A stretch of 64,000 nucleotides of DNA from Desulfovibrio sp. GTDB taxonomy: Bacteria; Desulfobacterota; Desulfovibrionia; Desulfovibrionales; Desulfovibrionaceae. Positions 16,635 to 26,113 of the stretch are shown here, piece after piece. Location: NCBI GenBank assembly GCA_017415765.1, contig JAFQED010000032.1:4709-68708 (forward strand), given 5' to 3'. The notes beneath the pieces were generated by a model. That model had not been told where the DNA came from, searched no databases, and was given only the letters and a program-made list of their open reading frames with translations. The translations under genes were made by a program, and so were the position numbers. Within the stretch, counting starts at the first letter, position 1. Every line of letters starts with the position of its first letter.

Positions 16635-18050
16635 CTACTTCCAGTAGAGTTTGACAAGGTTTGTGCCACGCGGTGTGGAGGAGCCCTTAAGCTGACCAGC
16701 GGTGATCACAGCGCAATCACCGGGCTTGAAGTCGGGGCTGTTCCCAATAAATTCTTCGGCACGGGCCAGGTGGCTCAGCTCTTCCTCCGGTTTGGCCACA
16801 AAAACGGGTGTGACCCCCCACGAAAAGTTAAGAGCCTTGATAGTGGCAGGGTCGGGCGTCAGGGCATACACATGCTGGGGAGGCCTGCGGGCAGAAACCT
16901 GTCGGGCCGCACCACCGGTAAGGCTATGCGAAACAATGGCCTGTGCCTGTGCTTTTTCAGCCAGCAGACAGGCTGCGTAGGCCAGAAACTGGGGGATACC
17001 CTTATCGCTGTCCGGCTCGTCCAGTTTACGGCGTGCAAGCAGGAGCTTTTCGGCCTCATCGGTGATTTTGCGCATATAGCGCACGGTTTCCACCGGAAAG
17101 TTCCCCATGGCGGTTTCTTCCGACAGCATTACGCAGTCCGCGCCGTCCAGCACGGCATTGGCTACGTCCGTGGTCTCTGCGCGGGTAGGGGCAGGGCTGT
17201 TGACCATGGACAGCAACATTTGCGTTGCCACTATAACAGGCTTGGACGCCTTGTTACAGGCACTGATGATGCGCTTTTGCAGTGCCGGCAACTGAGGCAG
17301 GGGACACTCCACCCCCAGATCCCCACGGGCCACCATCACGATGTCGGCCTCGGCCAGGATCTCCTCAAGGTTATCTACCGCGCTCTGCCGCTCCAGCTTG
17401 ACCACCACGGGGACATGCCGCCCGGATGCGCTGAGCAGCGATTTGGCCTCGCGCACGTCTTCGGCAGTCTGGACATAGGAGATGGCCACAGCGTCCACGC
17501 CCAGTGCCAGCCCATCGGCAAGGTCTTTCTTGTCCTTGTCGGTCAGGGCGCGCACCTTGGTAGCCTTGCCGGGCAGGGCAAGGCCCTTGCGCGAGGTCAC
17601 GATACCCGCATTGTCGGCTACCAGCTGTACCAGACCGTCAGGGCGGCGCAGCTCCACCACAAATTGCAGACCGCCATCAGCCAGCACCATCCGGTCGCCG
17701 GGTTCAAGACTTTCCAGGATGACTTCATGGTCAAAGGGCAGGTAGGGCATGTCTTCCACACGCCGTTCACTTGTCCCCAGGAGCAGACGCATATTCTTGC
17801 TTACCTGGATGCTTTTTTCAGGCAGCACGCCCAGGCGGATCTTGGGGCCGGAAAGATCCTGCATGACGGTGATGGGGCAGGCCAGTTCCGCTTCAACCTC
17901 GCGGATATACTGGATGATATTGACAAATTCTGATGCACCGCCGTGGGAGAAATTCAGGCGGAAGACACTTACACCGGCCTCAACCAGTGCCTTGAGCTTT
18001 TCTTTACTGTTGGAGGCGGGACCAATGGTGGCAACAATTTTTGTTTTCAT
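16635..18050 (-). CDS. pyk: Pyruvate kinase
   Basis: MKTKIVATIGPAS, FRLNFSHG, MVARGDLGVE, ATQMLLSM blocks. 471 aa. Confidence 0.95.
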   Translation of the reverse strand: MKTKIVATIGPASNSKEKLKALVEAGVSVFRLNFSHGGASEFVNIIQYIREVEAELACPITVMQDLSGPKIRLGVLPEKSIQVSKNMRLLLGTSERRVEDMPYLPFDHEVILESLEPGDRMVLADGGLQFVVELRRPDGLVQLVADNAGIVTSRKGLALPGKATKVRALTDKDKKDLADGLALGVDAVAISYVQTAEDVREAKSLLSASGRHVPVVVKLERQSAVDNLEEILAEADIVMVARGDLGVECPLPQLPALQKRIISACNKASKPVIVATQMLLSMVNSPAPTRAETTDVANAVLDGADCVMLSEETAMGNFPVETVRYMRKITDEAEKLLLARRKLDEPDSDKGIPQFLAYAACLLAEKAQAQAIVSHSLTGGAARQVSARRPPQHVYALTPDPATIKALNFSWGVTPVFVAKPEEELSHLARAEEFIGNSPDFKPGDCAVITAGQLKGSSTPRGTNLVKLYWK

Positions 18051-18202
18051 GGCTATCCTGACTGTGGATCGGGTATATGGCTGGTAGTGCAGAAAAGTCT
18101 GCCATTTTTCTTGGGATAATCAGTGTTTTTAGTCCCCTTGTCAAGAAGCTGTGCCGCGTTCTTCAGGGCTGGTGTCCGGGCTGGTTCGGTCAGGGCATGC
18201 CC

Positions 18203-18266
18203 TTGACAGAAAGGGAGGGATGTGGGCATAAGTGGAAAAAAGTGGGAAAACAGCCCAAAATGTGGT
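18203..18266 (+). promoter_or_regulatory. Candidate Pmra promoter with MraZ-type GTGGG direct-repeat operator
   Basis: TTGACA at 18203-18208. GTGGG 18222, GTGGA 18232 and GTGGG 18242 at exact 10-bp spacing, plus GTGGT at 18262. Ends 6 nt before the mraZ GTG. Confidence 0.55.
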
Positions 18267-18271
18267 AAGTC

Positions 18272-18736
18272 GTGCAAACGCTCTTCAAAAAAAACCATGT
18301 CCGCAGTCTGGACGCCAAGGGACGACTGATGCTCCCGCCAGCGTACCGGGCAGCCCTGGCCGATGCCTCTCCCCCCACGGAGGAGAATGAGGCGGGCATG
18401 TTTTGGCTTGCTTCCTACAAGGACTATCTGACGGCCTATCTGCCCGCAGAATGGGAGGAAATGGCCGAGAAACTTTACAGTATACCCTCTCCCTCTGATG
18501 CCCTGATGCGTTTCCGCTCAAAATTCCTTGGTCTGGCCGAGGAAATGATACCGGACGCGCAGGGGCGCATACGCATCCCCCAGAGATTGATGCGGCAGGC
18601 GGGTCTTCAGAAGAGCGTGGTATTGGTGGGTATGGGACGGCGTTTCCAGATCTGGGATGAAGAACGGCTCTGTGGCGAGGAGATACCGGATGTGTCCGGC
18701 GAACTGGCTTCCGCCAATGTGCATATCTACCTGTAA
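18272..18736 (+). CDS. mraZ: Transcriptional regulator MraZ
   Basis: SLDAKGRLMLPPAYR and a second DAQGRIRIPQRL SpoVT/AbrB-like repeat. First gene of the dcw cluster. GTG start. Confidence 0.9.
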   Translation: MQTLFKKNHVRSLDAKGRLMLPPAYRAALADASPPTEENEAGMFWLASYKDYLTAYLPAEWEEMAEKLYSIPSPSDALMRFRSKFLGLAEEMIPDAQGRIRIPQRLMRQAGLQKSVVLVGMGRRFQIWDEERLCGEEIPDVSGELASANVHIYL

Positions 18737-18750
18737 CGCGGGGTAGGGCA

Positions 18751-19743
18751 GTGGCTCAGGAAGACGATAATGCGCAGAGGGATGCGGCCAGTCTGCACCG
18801 GCCGGTCTTGCCCGTGGAGACTCTGGCGGCCCTGAACCCAAGGGCTGGTGGACGTTATCTTGACGGCACGCTGGGCATGGGAGGCCATGCTTCGGCCATC
18901 CTGTCTGCCGCGCCGGATATTGAACTGTGCGGGCTGGATCGCGACAGCGAGGCCCTTGGGCTGGCTCGTCAACGGCTGGCCCCTTTCGGGCAGCGCGCTC
19001 ATCTTTTCCATAGCCGTTACAGTGATTTTGCCTCTGTCCTGGGAGAACTGGGCTGGCCCAGTATTGACGGGGCCTTGCTGGATATTGGTGTTTCGTCCAT
19101 GCAGCTGGACAGTGCCTGGCGTGGCTTCAGTTTTTGTGGCGATGGGTCGCTGGATATGCGGATGGATCAACATTCGGGACAGCCTTCGGCATGGCACTGG
19201 GTCAATTGCGAAAGTTTTGCGCGGCTCAAGGAGTGCATAGCCGAATTGGGGGAGGATCCACAGGCCGGTCGTATTGCCCGCGCTATCGTGGATGCGCGGC
19301 AAAAGGCCCCCATCGAAACAACGGCTGAACTGGCCGCACTGGTAGAACGGGCCTACCCGGCAGCATGGCGGGCCAGGGGGCGACGTCATCCCGCTACACG
19401 GACGTTCCAGGCCCTGCGGATGGCCGTAAATGATGAGCTGGGTGAGCTTCGCCGATTTTTGGATGGCATCTTGAGCTGGCTGCCCGTGGGGGGGCGGCTG
19501 GTGGTCATCACCTTTCACTCGCTGGAAGATCGCATGGTCAAGCAGACTATGCGGCATTGGGCCGAGGCCTGCCGTTGCCCCAAGCATGTACCGCTTTGCG
19601 TCTGCGGGCATCAGCCTGAGGTGCGTATCCTGTACAAAAAACCCCTGCAGGCCGGAGAGGCTGAACTGGCAGCCAATCATCGGGCAGGCAGTGCCAAGCT
19701 GCGCGCCGTGGAAAAAATTGCTGAAGCAGGAGTTGGAGCGTGA
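18751..19743 (+). CDS. rsmH: 16S rRNA (cytosine1402-N4)-methyltransferase
   Basis: HRPVLPVE, YLDGTLGMGGH, DIGVSSMQLD, ITFHSLEDR motifs. Confidence 0.95.
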   Translation: MAQEDDNAQRDAASLHRPVLPVETLAALNPRAGGRYLDGTLGMGGHASAILSAAPDIELCGLDRDSEALGLARQRLAPFGQRAHLFHSRYSDFASVLGELGWPSIDGALLDIGVSSMQLDSAWRGFSFCGDGSLDMRMDQHSGQPSAWHWVNCESFARLKECIAELGEDPQAGRIARAIVDARQKAPIETTAELAALVERAYPAAWRARGRRHPATRTFQALRMAVNDELGELRRFLDGILSWLPVGGRLVVITFHSLEDRMVKQTMRHWAEACRCPKHVPLCVCGHQPEVRILYKKPLQAGEAELAANHRAGSAKLRAVEKIAEAGVGA

Positions 19744-20042
19744 ATACGCGCACGCTGCATCGTCCCCGGCAGGGCAGAGGCTGGCTGCTCGTACTGGCCC
19801 TGGGGCTGCTTTCCTGCATGGTCATGGGGCTTGTATTGGTATGGAGTGGCATAGAGCGCACTGATACCACCTATTTCATCAATATCGCGCAAAATGAACT
19901 GCGCGAACGCCAGGCCCTAACGGCCAAGCTGGAAGTGGAACGCGAACGTCTGCTCTCGCCCTACGAGCTGCGCCGTCGTGCCGAGGAAGCAGGGATGCGA
20001 GAGCCAAAACCGGGCCAGATCCGTCGTATGCAGGTGCATTAG
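19740..20042 (+). CDS. ftsL: Cell division protein FtsL-like (single TM plus coiled coil)
   Basis: Position between rsmH and ftsI. TM segment WLLVLALGLLSCMVMGLVLVW followed by a heptad-like region. ATGA overlap with rsmH. Confidence 0.7.
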   Translation: MNTRTLHRPRQGRGWLLVLALGLLSCMVMGLVLVWSGIERTDTTYFINIAQNELRERQALTAKLEVERERLLSPYELRRRAEEAGMREPKPGQIRRMQVH

Positions 20043-20061
20043 CTTTTTTGTCGGGGAGAGC

Positions 20062-22185
20062 ATGTTCAGATTTGGTTCACGCAAACGCAATCGACCCATC
20101 ACGCACCGGGAGCCGTCCCGGGCCAGACAAGGGAAACTTGGGCTTGACCGTGCTGCAGGCAGCAGGCTGCAAAACCTGGCTGCCTGGCTTCGCGCAAGGG
20201 ACTGGGGGCGTGTGCGTATCGATCTGGTGGTGGCTTTCTTTTGCGTCCTCTGGGTTGGGCTGTGGGGCCGGGCGTGGTATCTGCAAATGGTGGAAGGTCC
20301 CCGGCTGGCAGAGCAGGCCCGGCGGCAGCATGTGACCAGCGAACTGGTCAGCGGGCGGCGCGGCATGATCCTTGATCGCAACGGACAGGTGCTGGCCCAG
20401 AGTGTGGAGGCCCGTTCCGTCTATGCCCGGCCGCAGGAGGTGCAGGACTTTCTGCACATGGCCAATACCCTTGGCCCGATCTTGGGCATGGATGCACAAA
20501 AGCTTCATGACGATCTTTCCCGCAGCCAGCGGCGTTTTGTCTGGCTCAAGCGCAAGGTGGACGACCGCACAGCCGAGGCCGTGCGCAAGGCCAACATCCC
20601 CGGTATCGGTCTTTCGCGGGAATACGATCGCATCTATCCCTTCCGGCATATGGCCGGGCAGCTCCTGGGTTTTGTCGGCTTGGACGACAAGGGACTGGAG
20701 GGCATCGAGCGTTCCATGGATGATCGCCTGGGCAGTATCCCCACCAGGCAGATAGTCCAGCGTGACGCACTCGGGCGGCGTTTTTATCTGCATGAGGAAG
20801 GGCGCGGCGAACCCCGTGGTGAGGATCTGACCCTGACCCTTGATGTGCAGATGCAGTTTATCGCCGAAGAGGCCGTGGAGCAGGCCGCCCGCGAAAGTGA
20901 GGCCCGCTGGAGCGGGGCACTGGTGGTGGATGTGCTGAGCGGCGAGATACTGGCATGGGCGCAGTATCCTTTCTTCAACCCCAATACCTATCGGGAGTCC
21001 TCGCCGCATATCTACCGCAACCGGCTGGCAGCAGATGCGCTGGAACCCGGCTCCACCTTCAAGCCGCTGGTCATGGCCGCTGCCCTGCAGGAGGGCAAGG
21101 TCACGCCGGACACGCTCATTGATTGCGAGGGCGGCAAGTGGCAGAGTGAGGGTTTTGTCATCCGTGATACCTCCAACCAGCACATTTTGCCCGCCAGCAA
21201 GGTGCTGCGCTATTCGTCCAATATCGGCATGGCCAAAATTGGTCTGGATATGGGTGCGCCCCTCTTTCACCGCTATCTGAGAGCCCTGGGTTTTGGCGAG
21301 CATACCAGTGTACCCGTGGCCGACAGCCGTGGGATCTTGCGTACGCCGCGTGACTGGGGAGAGGTGGACATCATGTCCACAGCCTTTGGCCAGAGTATTT
21401 CCGTGACGGGGCTGCAAATGGCACAGGCATACCTGACCCTGCTCAATCATGGAGTGTACAAGCCATTGCGCCTGATCCGTGAGGAAGGGCTGGTGGAAGA
21501 AAGCCATCGGCGGATCTTCAGCGAGCGCACGGTACGTCAGGTCATGGACATGATGCGTGACGTGGTACAGGCCGGAGATGGTACTGGTCGCCGTGCCCGT
21601 GTGGTGGGTGTGGAGGTAGGTGGCAAGACCGGCACTGCCCAGAAGGCCGACCACCGTAGCGGGACCTATGGCGAAAAGCGTCTGGCATCTTTTGTGGGCT
21701 TTTTGCCGGTAGAAGAACCGCGTTACCTGATACTGGTCATGGTGGATGAGCCAACGCGCAACCAGTATGGCGGTTTGGTGGCTGCCCCTGCCTTCAGGGA
21801 GATAGCCTCGCGCAGCCTGACTTATGCCGGTGTGCTGGCAGAGGTGCAAATGGCCAGCAACGAAGCAAGGGATCGCAAGGAGCGCAAACGGGGGCTGAAG
21901 CTGGCTGGCGTGGATGCTCCCTGGCAGGTGGCCGCGCCTGCTCCTGCCCTGCGGACTGCCCCTTCCATGCAGCTGCCAGGGCATCTGGCCCGTGCCAGCA
22001 GCCAGATACCAGACGTCATGGGCAAGTCTGTACGTAATGCTGTGGAGCTTTTTGCCCGGGCGGGCATCGTGCCGGAGCTGAAAGGTTCCGGCAACCGGGT
22101 GGTGCGGCAAAGTCCGCCTCCTGGTACGGATTGGCCCAAGGCTGACGGAAAGGTGGAATATATCTTGTGGTTGTCCGAGAGGTAG
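20062..22185 (+). CDS. ftsI: Penicillin-binding protein 3-type transpeptidase FtsI with a C-terminal PASTA domain
   Basis: STFKP (SxxK), SSN and KTGT motifs. N-terminal TM. C-terminal IPDVMGKSVRNAVELFARAGIVPELKGSGNRVVRQSPPPGT is PASTA-like. Start at MFRFGSRKRN after GGGGAGAG. Confidence 0.9.
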   Translation: MFRFGSRKRNRPITHREPSRARQGKLGLDRAAGSRLQNLAAWLRARDWGRVRIDLVVAFFCVLWVGLWGRAWYLQMVEGPRLAEQARRQHVTSELVSGRRGMILDRNGQVLAQSVEARSVYARPQEVQDFLHMANTLGPILGMDAQKLHDDLSRSQRRFVWLKRKVDDRTAEAVRKANIPGIGLSREYDRIYPFRHMAGQLLGFVGLDDKGLEGIERSMDDRLGSIPTRQIVQRDALGRRFYLHEEGRGEPRGEDLTLTLDVQMQFIAEEAVEQAARESEARWSGALVVDVLSGEILAWAQYPFFNPNTYRESSPHIYRNRLAADALEPGSTFKPLVMAAALQEGKVTPDTLIDCEGGKWQSEGFVIRDTSNQHILPASKVLRYSSNIGMAKIGLDMGAPLFHRYLRALGFGEHTSVPVADSRGILRTPRDWGEVDIMSTAFGQSISVTGLQMAQAYLTLLNHGVYKPLRLIREEGLVEESHRRIFSERTVRQVMDMMRDVVQAGDGTGRRARVVGVEVGGKTGTAQKADHRSGTYGEKRLASFVGFLPVEEPRYLILVMVDEPTRNQYGGLVAAPAFREIASRSLTYAGVLAEVQMASNEARDRKERKRGLKLAGVDAPWQVAAPAPALRTAPSMQLPGHLARASSQIPDVMGKSVRNAVELFARAGIVPELKGSGNRVVRQSPPPGTDWPKADGKVEYILWLSER

Positions 22186-22187
22186 TC

Positions 22188-23639
22188 ATGCAGGATTTTG
22201 AGGACTTGCTGGAGCAGTGCCGCAAGGGTGGGCTTGAGGTGCGGTCGGATTCGCGCCAGGTGGGCAAGGGCGACATTTTTGTGGCCGTTCCCGGCGTCAA
22301 TGAAGATGGGGCACGTTTTATCCCGGCGGCGGTTGAGGCCGGGGCTGCGGTGGTTGTTTGCCGACCGGGTGGGGCAGAAGCCGCTGCCGCCGGGGCTGCG
22401 GACTGCCGTGTGCTGTTGCACCCGGAACCGCGCGAAGCCCTTTGGCGGCTGGCAGCAGCCCGCTGGCGGACAGAGCAGCCAGGGCTGCGCGTTCTGGGCA
22501 TCACAGGTACCAATGGCAAAACCACCAGCACCTATCTCTTTGAGCATTTGTTTCGGGCGACCGGACAAAAGGTGGGCGTACTGGGCACTGTGAGCTACCG
22601 CTGGCCCGGCCATTGCGAAGCCGCGCCACTCACCACGCCTGACCCCCTGAGTGTCCACGCCATGCTGGCACAGATGCGTGACGCTGGAGTGGATGTGGTG
22701 GTTATGGAGGTCTCCTCCCATGCCATTGAGCAGCAGCGCGTCTGCGGGGTACCGTTTTCCGGTGTGGCCTTTACCAACCTTACCCAGGATCACCTTGATT
22801 TCCATAAGGATATGGAAAGCTATTTCAAAACCAAGGCGCGTCTCTTTCTCGAATTACCAAGGGCAGAGAAGGGCATGGCCGTCAATGCCGATGATCAGTG
22901 GGGTCGCCGTCTGCTGGAGCTGTGCCCCCGCGCGCTCTCCTTTGGCTTGCAGCAGGGGCCGCCCAGACGCCGTCATCTCTGGGGTGAGCTGCTTTCGGCC
23001 GGTACGGATGGCTGCCACTTGCGGATGCACCTAGACGGGCGGCAGTGGGAATTGCGCTCACCGCTGGTGGGGGCTTTCAATGCTTCCAACCTGCTGGGCG
23101 TACAGGCATTGGCACTGGAAACAGGGCTGCCTGTGGAGGCACTTTCCGCGCTGGAAGGTTTTTCTGGTGTGCCCGGACGGCTTGAACGGGTGGGGAACCC
23201 CCAGGGACTGAACGTCTTTGTGGATTACGCACATACGCCTGATGCTCTGGTCAATGTCCTCACGGCCCTGCGTAAGGCGGGCTTCAAACGTATTGTTACC
23301 GTATTTGGCTGCGGTGGTAACCGCGACCGCAGCAAGCGGCCACTGATGGGCGAGGCCGTGGCCGCCTTCTCCGATGTGGCTGTGCTGACTTCGGATAATC
23401 CCCGCTTTGAAGAACCTGAGGCCATCCTTGCGGATGTCCTGCCCGGACTTGCCAGGGCGCGGGAGGTTGTGGTGGAGGTTGACCGCCGCACAGCCACTGC
23501 CCGCGCTCTGAGGATGCTTGGTGCAGATGATGCCCTGCTCATTGCCGGTAAGGGGCATGAGGATTACCAGATAGTCAATGGTATCAAGCATCACTACAGC
23601 GATCAGGAAGTCGTGCGGGAGATTTTGGGATGCGCCTGA
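22188..23639 (+). CDS. murE: UDP-N-acetylmuramoyl-L-alanyl-D-glutamate--2,6-diaminopimelate ligase
   Basis: GITGTNGKTT, Mur ligase middle and C-terminal blocks, DNPR motif (TSDNPRFEEP). Confidence 0.95.
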   Translation: MQDFEDLLEQCRKGGLEVRSDSRQVGKGDIFVAVPGVNEDGARFIPAAVEAGAAVVVCRPGGAEAAAAGAADCRVLLHPEPREALWRLAAARWRTEQPGLRVLGITGTNGKTTSTYLFEHLFRATGQKVGVLGTVSYRWPGHCEAAPLTTPDPLSVHAMLAQMRDAGVDVVVMEVSSHAIEQQRVCGVPFSGVAFTNLTQDHLDFHKDMESYFKTKARLFLELPRAEKGMAVNADDQWGRRLLELCPRALSFGLQQGPPRRRHLWGELLSAGTDGCHLRMHLDGRQWELRSPLVGAFNASNLLGVQALALETGLPVEALSALEGFSGVPGRLERVGNPQGLNVFVDYAHTPDALVNVLTALRKAGFKRIVTVFGCGGNRDRSKRPLMGEAVAAFSDVAVLTSDNPRFEEPEAILADVLPGLARAREVVVEVDRRTATARALRMLGADDALLIAGKGHEDYQIVNGIKHHYSDQEVVREILGCA

Positions 23640-25027
23640 CCCTTCAGGAGATATGCGCCGCCCTGGAGCTTGCCATTCCGGGACAGGACTGTGAGTCCAC
23701 CAGTGTCTGCTCCGTGGTCACTGACAGCCGCAAGGTCATGCCGGGCGCGCTTTTTGTGTGCATTGCCGGGGCGCGTACCGATGGACACACGCATGCGGGC
23801 GCGGCTGTGACAGCCGGGGCGGTGGCGGTGCTGGCGTCACGTCCCTTGCCGGGGGTCGATGCGCCCGTGCTGGTAGTGCCTGATACCGTAAAAGCACTGG
23901 GGCAGGTGGGCGCGCTGTGGCGTAGCCGGACACAGGCCCGTGTGACGGGCATTACCGGTACAGCAGGCAAGACCACGCTCAAGGAAGTATTGGCCACTAT
24001 TCTGGCCGGGGCTGGCAAGACAGCCCGCAATGCCCTGAACCTCAATAATCAGATTGGTCTGCCCTCCTCCATACTGGCCACGGACGGTGATGAGCGTTTC
24101 TGGATCATGGAGGCGGGCATCAGCCAGGAAGGAGACATGGACGCGCTGGGCGAGATCTTGCGTCCTGACCTTGGCATCATCCTCAATGTGGGGCCGGGAC
24201 ATACGCAAGGCTTGGGAGAGAAGGGCGTGGCATGGCACAAGGCCCGCTTGCTGGCGCATCTTGCCAAGGGGGGGACGGGGCTGGTCAGTGCCGATTACCC
24301 CCAATTGCGGCGGGAGGCAGCGTACCATGACGTTTCTTTACGCTACTTCAGTTGCAGCGACCCTGATGTGGAGTTTTACGGCAGGTGGCTTGGCAACCGG
24401 GACGGGCTGGGGCGTTATGTCCTGCGTTTGGCAGGACAGGAATTTGAGGTGATAGCCCCCTTTGGCGGGGCCTACGGCGCGGAAAACTGCATTGCCGCCG
24501 CTGCTGCCGCTCATTTGTTGGGCCTTGACCCCGAAGTCATAGCCCATGGCCTGGCTGTGGCACGTCTGCCACAGCAGCGTTTTGCCCGTCTGCGTCTGGG
24601 CTCCTGGGATGTGATCGACGACAGTTACAATGCCAATCCCCTCTCCATGCAGCGTATGCTGGAAGCCGCCGCCACACAGGCCAGAGGCCGCAAACTGGTG
24701 GCTGTTCTGGGAGAAATGGGGGAACTGGGCAAGGACTCTGACAGGCTGCACGAGGGATTGGGACATCTGCTGGCCCGTTTGTCCCCGGCAGCCATCTTTT
24801 GGGCTGGAGGCCAGGCCGAGGCGGTGGCTGGTGGCCTGAAGGCTGCTGGTTATGGCGGCCTCTGGCTGCCTGTGGAAGATCCGCAGGCTTTTACGGCGCG
24901 TTGGCAAGAGATCATGGGTGACGGGGACGGAGTGGTACTGTTCAAGGGTTCCCGCTCCAATGGTTTGGAAACGTATCTGGAAGAACTGCGCACTGTGCTG
25001 ACGCACTCTCCTGAAGGAACAGACTGA
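23630..25027 (+). CDS. murF: UDP-N-acetylmuramoyl-tripeptide--D-alanyl-D-alanine ligase
   Basis: [18 protein letters not shown]. Position after murE. Confidence 0.95.
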   Translation: MRLTLQEICAALELAIPGQDCESTSVCSVVTDSRKVMPGALFVCIAGARTDGHTHAGAAVTAGAVAVLASRPLPGVDAPVLVVPDTVKALGQVGALWRSRTQARVTGITGTAGKTTLKEVLATILAGAGKTARNALNLNNQIGLPSSILATDGDERFWIMEAGISQEGDMDALGEILRPDLGIILNVGPGHTQGLGEKGVAWHKARLLAHLAKGGTGLVSADYPQLRREAAYHDVSLRYFSCSDPDVEFYGRWLGNRDGLGRYVLRLAGQEFEVIAPFGGAYGAENCIAAAAAAHLLGLDPEVIAHGLAVARLPQQRFARLRLGSWDVIDDSYNANPLSMQRMLEAAATQARGRKLVAVLGEMGELGKDSDRLHEGLGHLLARLSPAAIFWAGGQAEAVAGGLKAAGYGGLWLPVEDPQAFTARWQEIMGDGDGVVLFKGSRSNGLETYLEELRTVLTHSPEGTD

Positions 25028-26103
25028 TGTTCTACCACCTTCTGACGCCCCTTGCCTCGGAATGGACGCTTTTCAACGTCTTCCGCTATCTTTCGTTCCG
25101 TTCCATGGCGGCCCTGGTCACGGCACTGGTCATTTCCATCCTCATTGGGCCGCGTTTTATTGCCTGGCTGCGCCATCTCAAATGCGGCCAGCATATCCAT
25201 GAAGATGTGACCGCCCATGCCGCCAAGGCCGGGACGCCCACGATGGGCGGACTGATGATGCTTTTCGCGCTGGGGGTGAGCCTTCTGCTGTGGGCAGACC
25301 TGACCAGCCGTTATGTCTGGCAGACGCTGTTCGTTTTTGCGGGCTTTGGTCTTGTGGGCCTGTGGGATGACCTTTCCAAAATTCGCCAGCATACCAACAA
25401 GGGCATTTCGGCCAAGGCCAAGTTTACTGGCCAGACAATGGTGGCCCTGATTGCCATGTGGCTGCTTTGGGCAGACCCGGCATACAGCAGCAAGCTCATC
25501 ATCCCTTTTTTCAAGGACTGGACGCCGGATCTGGGCCTGTTTTACATCCCATTCGGTATCCTGGTGATGGTTTCGGCTTCCAACGCTGTCAACCTTACAG
25601 ATGGGCTGGATGGTCTGGCCATCGGGCCTGCCATTGTCGCGGCACTGGTCATGGCCATTTTCATCTATATCACGGGCAATGCCCGTTTTGCCAGCTATCT
25701 GCTGATCCCGTACATGCCCGGAGTGGGTGAGGTAACAGTTTTTTGTGCGGCTTTCATTGGCGCGGGGCTGGGCTTCCTCTGGTTCAATGCCTATCCGGCA
25801 CAGGTTTTTATGGGGGATGTAGGTTCGCTGTCTATTGGTGGAGTGCTGGGCTATCTGGCCCTGCTTGCCAAGCAGGAGCTGGTGCTGGTGGTGGTGGGTG
25901 GCCTGTTTGTGGCAGAAACGCTTTCTGTCATCCTTCAGGTCAGTTACTTCCGCTGGACGGGGGGGAAGCGCATCTTTCGCATGGCTCCCCTGCACCACCA
26001 TTTTGAACTCAAGGGTGTGCCGGAGTCGAAAATCATCATTCGCTTCTGGATAACATCCATCCTGTTGGGTCTGCTGGCCCTTTCTGTCCTGAAACTGCGT
26101 TAG
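25027..26103 (+). CDS. mraY: Phospho-N-acetylmuramoyl-pentapeptide transferase
   Basis: [33 protein letters not shown] motifs. Confidence 0.95.
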   Translation: MFYHLLTPLASEWTLFNVFRYLSFRSMAALVTALVISILIGPRFIAWLRHLKCGQHIHEDVTAHAAKAGTPTMGGLMMLFALGVSLLLWADLTSRYVWQTLFVFAGFGLVGLWDDLSKIRQHTNKGISAKAKFTGQTMVALIAMWLLWADPAYSSKLIIPFFKDWTPDLGLFYIPFGILVMVSASNAVNLTDGLDGLAIGPAIVAALVMAIFIYITGNARFASYLLIPYMPGVGEVTVFCAAFIGAGLGFLWFNAYPAQVFMGDVGSLSIGGVLGYLALLAKQELVLVVVGGLFVAETLSVILQVSYFRWTGGKRIFRMAPLHHHFELKGVPESKIIIRFWITSILLGLLALSVLKLR

Positions 26104-26113
26104 CGGGGAAGAA

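Noticed and set aside
16632-17933. 433-aa plus-strand ORF opposite pyruvate kinase
   Set aside because: Shadow ORF with no recognisable motifs. The minus strand is a full-length Pyk.
20077-22110. 677-aa minus-strand ORF opposite ftsI. Similar long antisense ORFs lie at 24850..26139, 28560..29438, 29821..30819, 49558..50709, 51410..52975, 52875..54641, 55407..56894, 58658..60454 and 60519..61874.
   Set aside because: All lie antisense to genes with strong family signatures (FtsI, MraY, MurG, MurC, EF-G, FtsH, FolP/CdaA, GlmM, PriA, FadL). They have the His/Gly/Arg/Pro-rich composition typical of GC-rich shadow frames.
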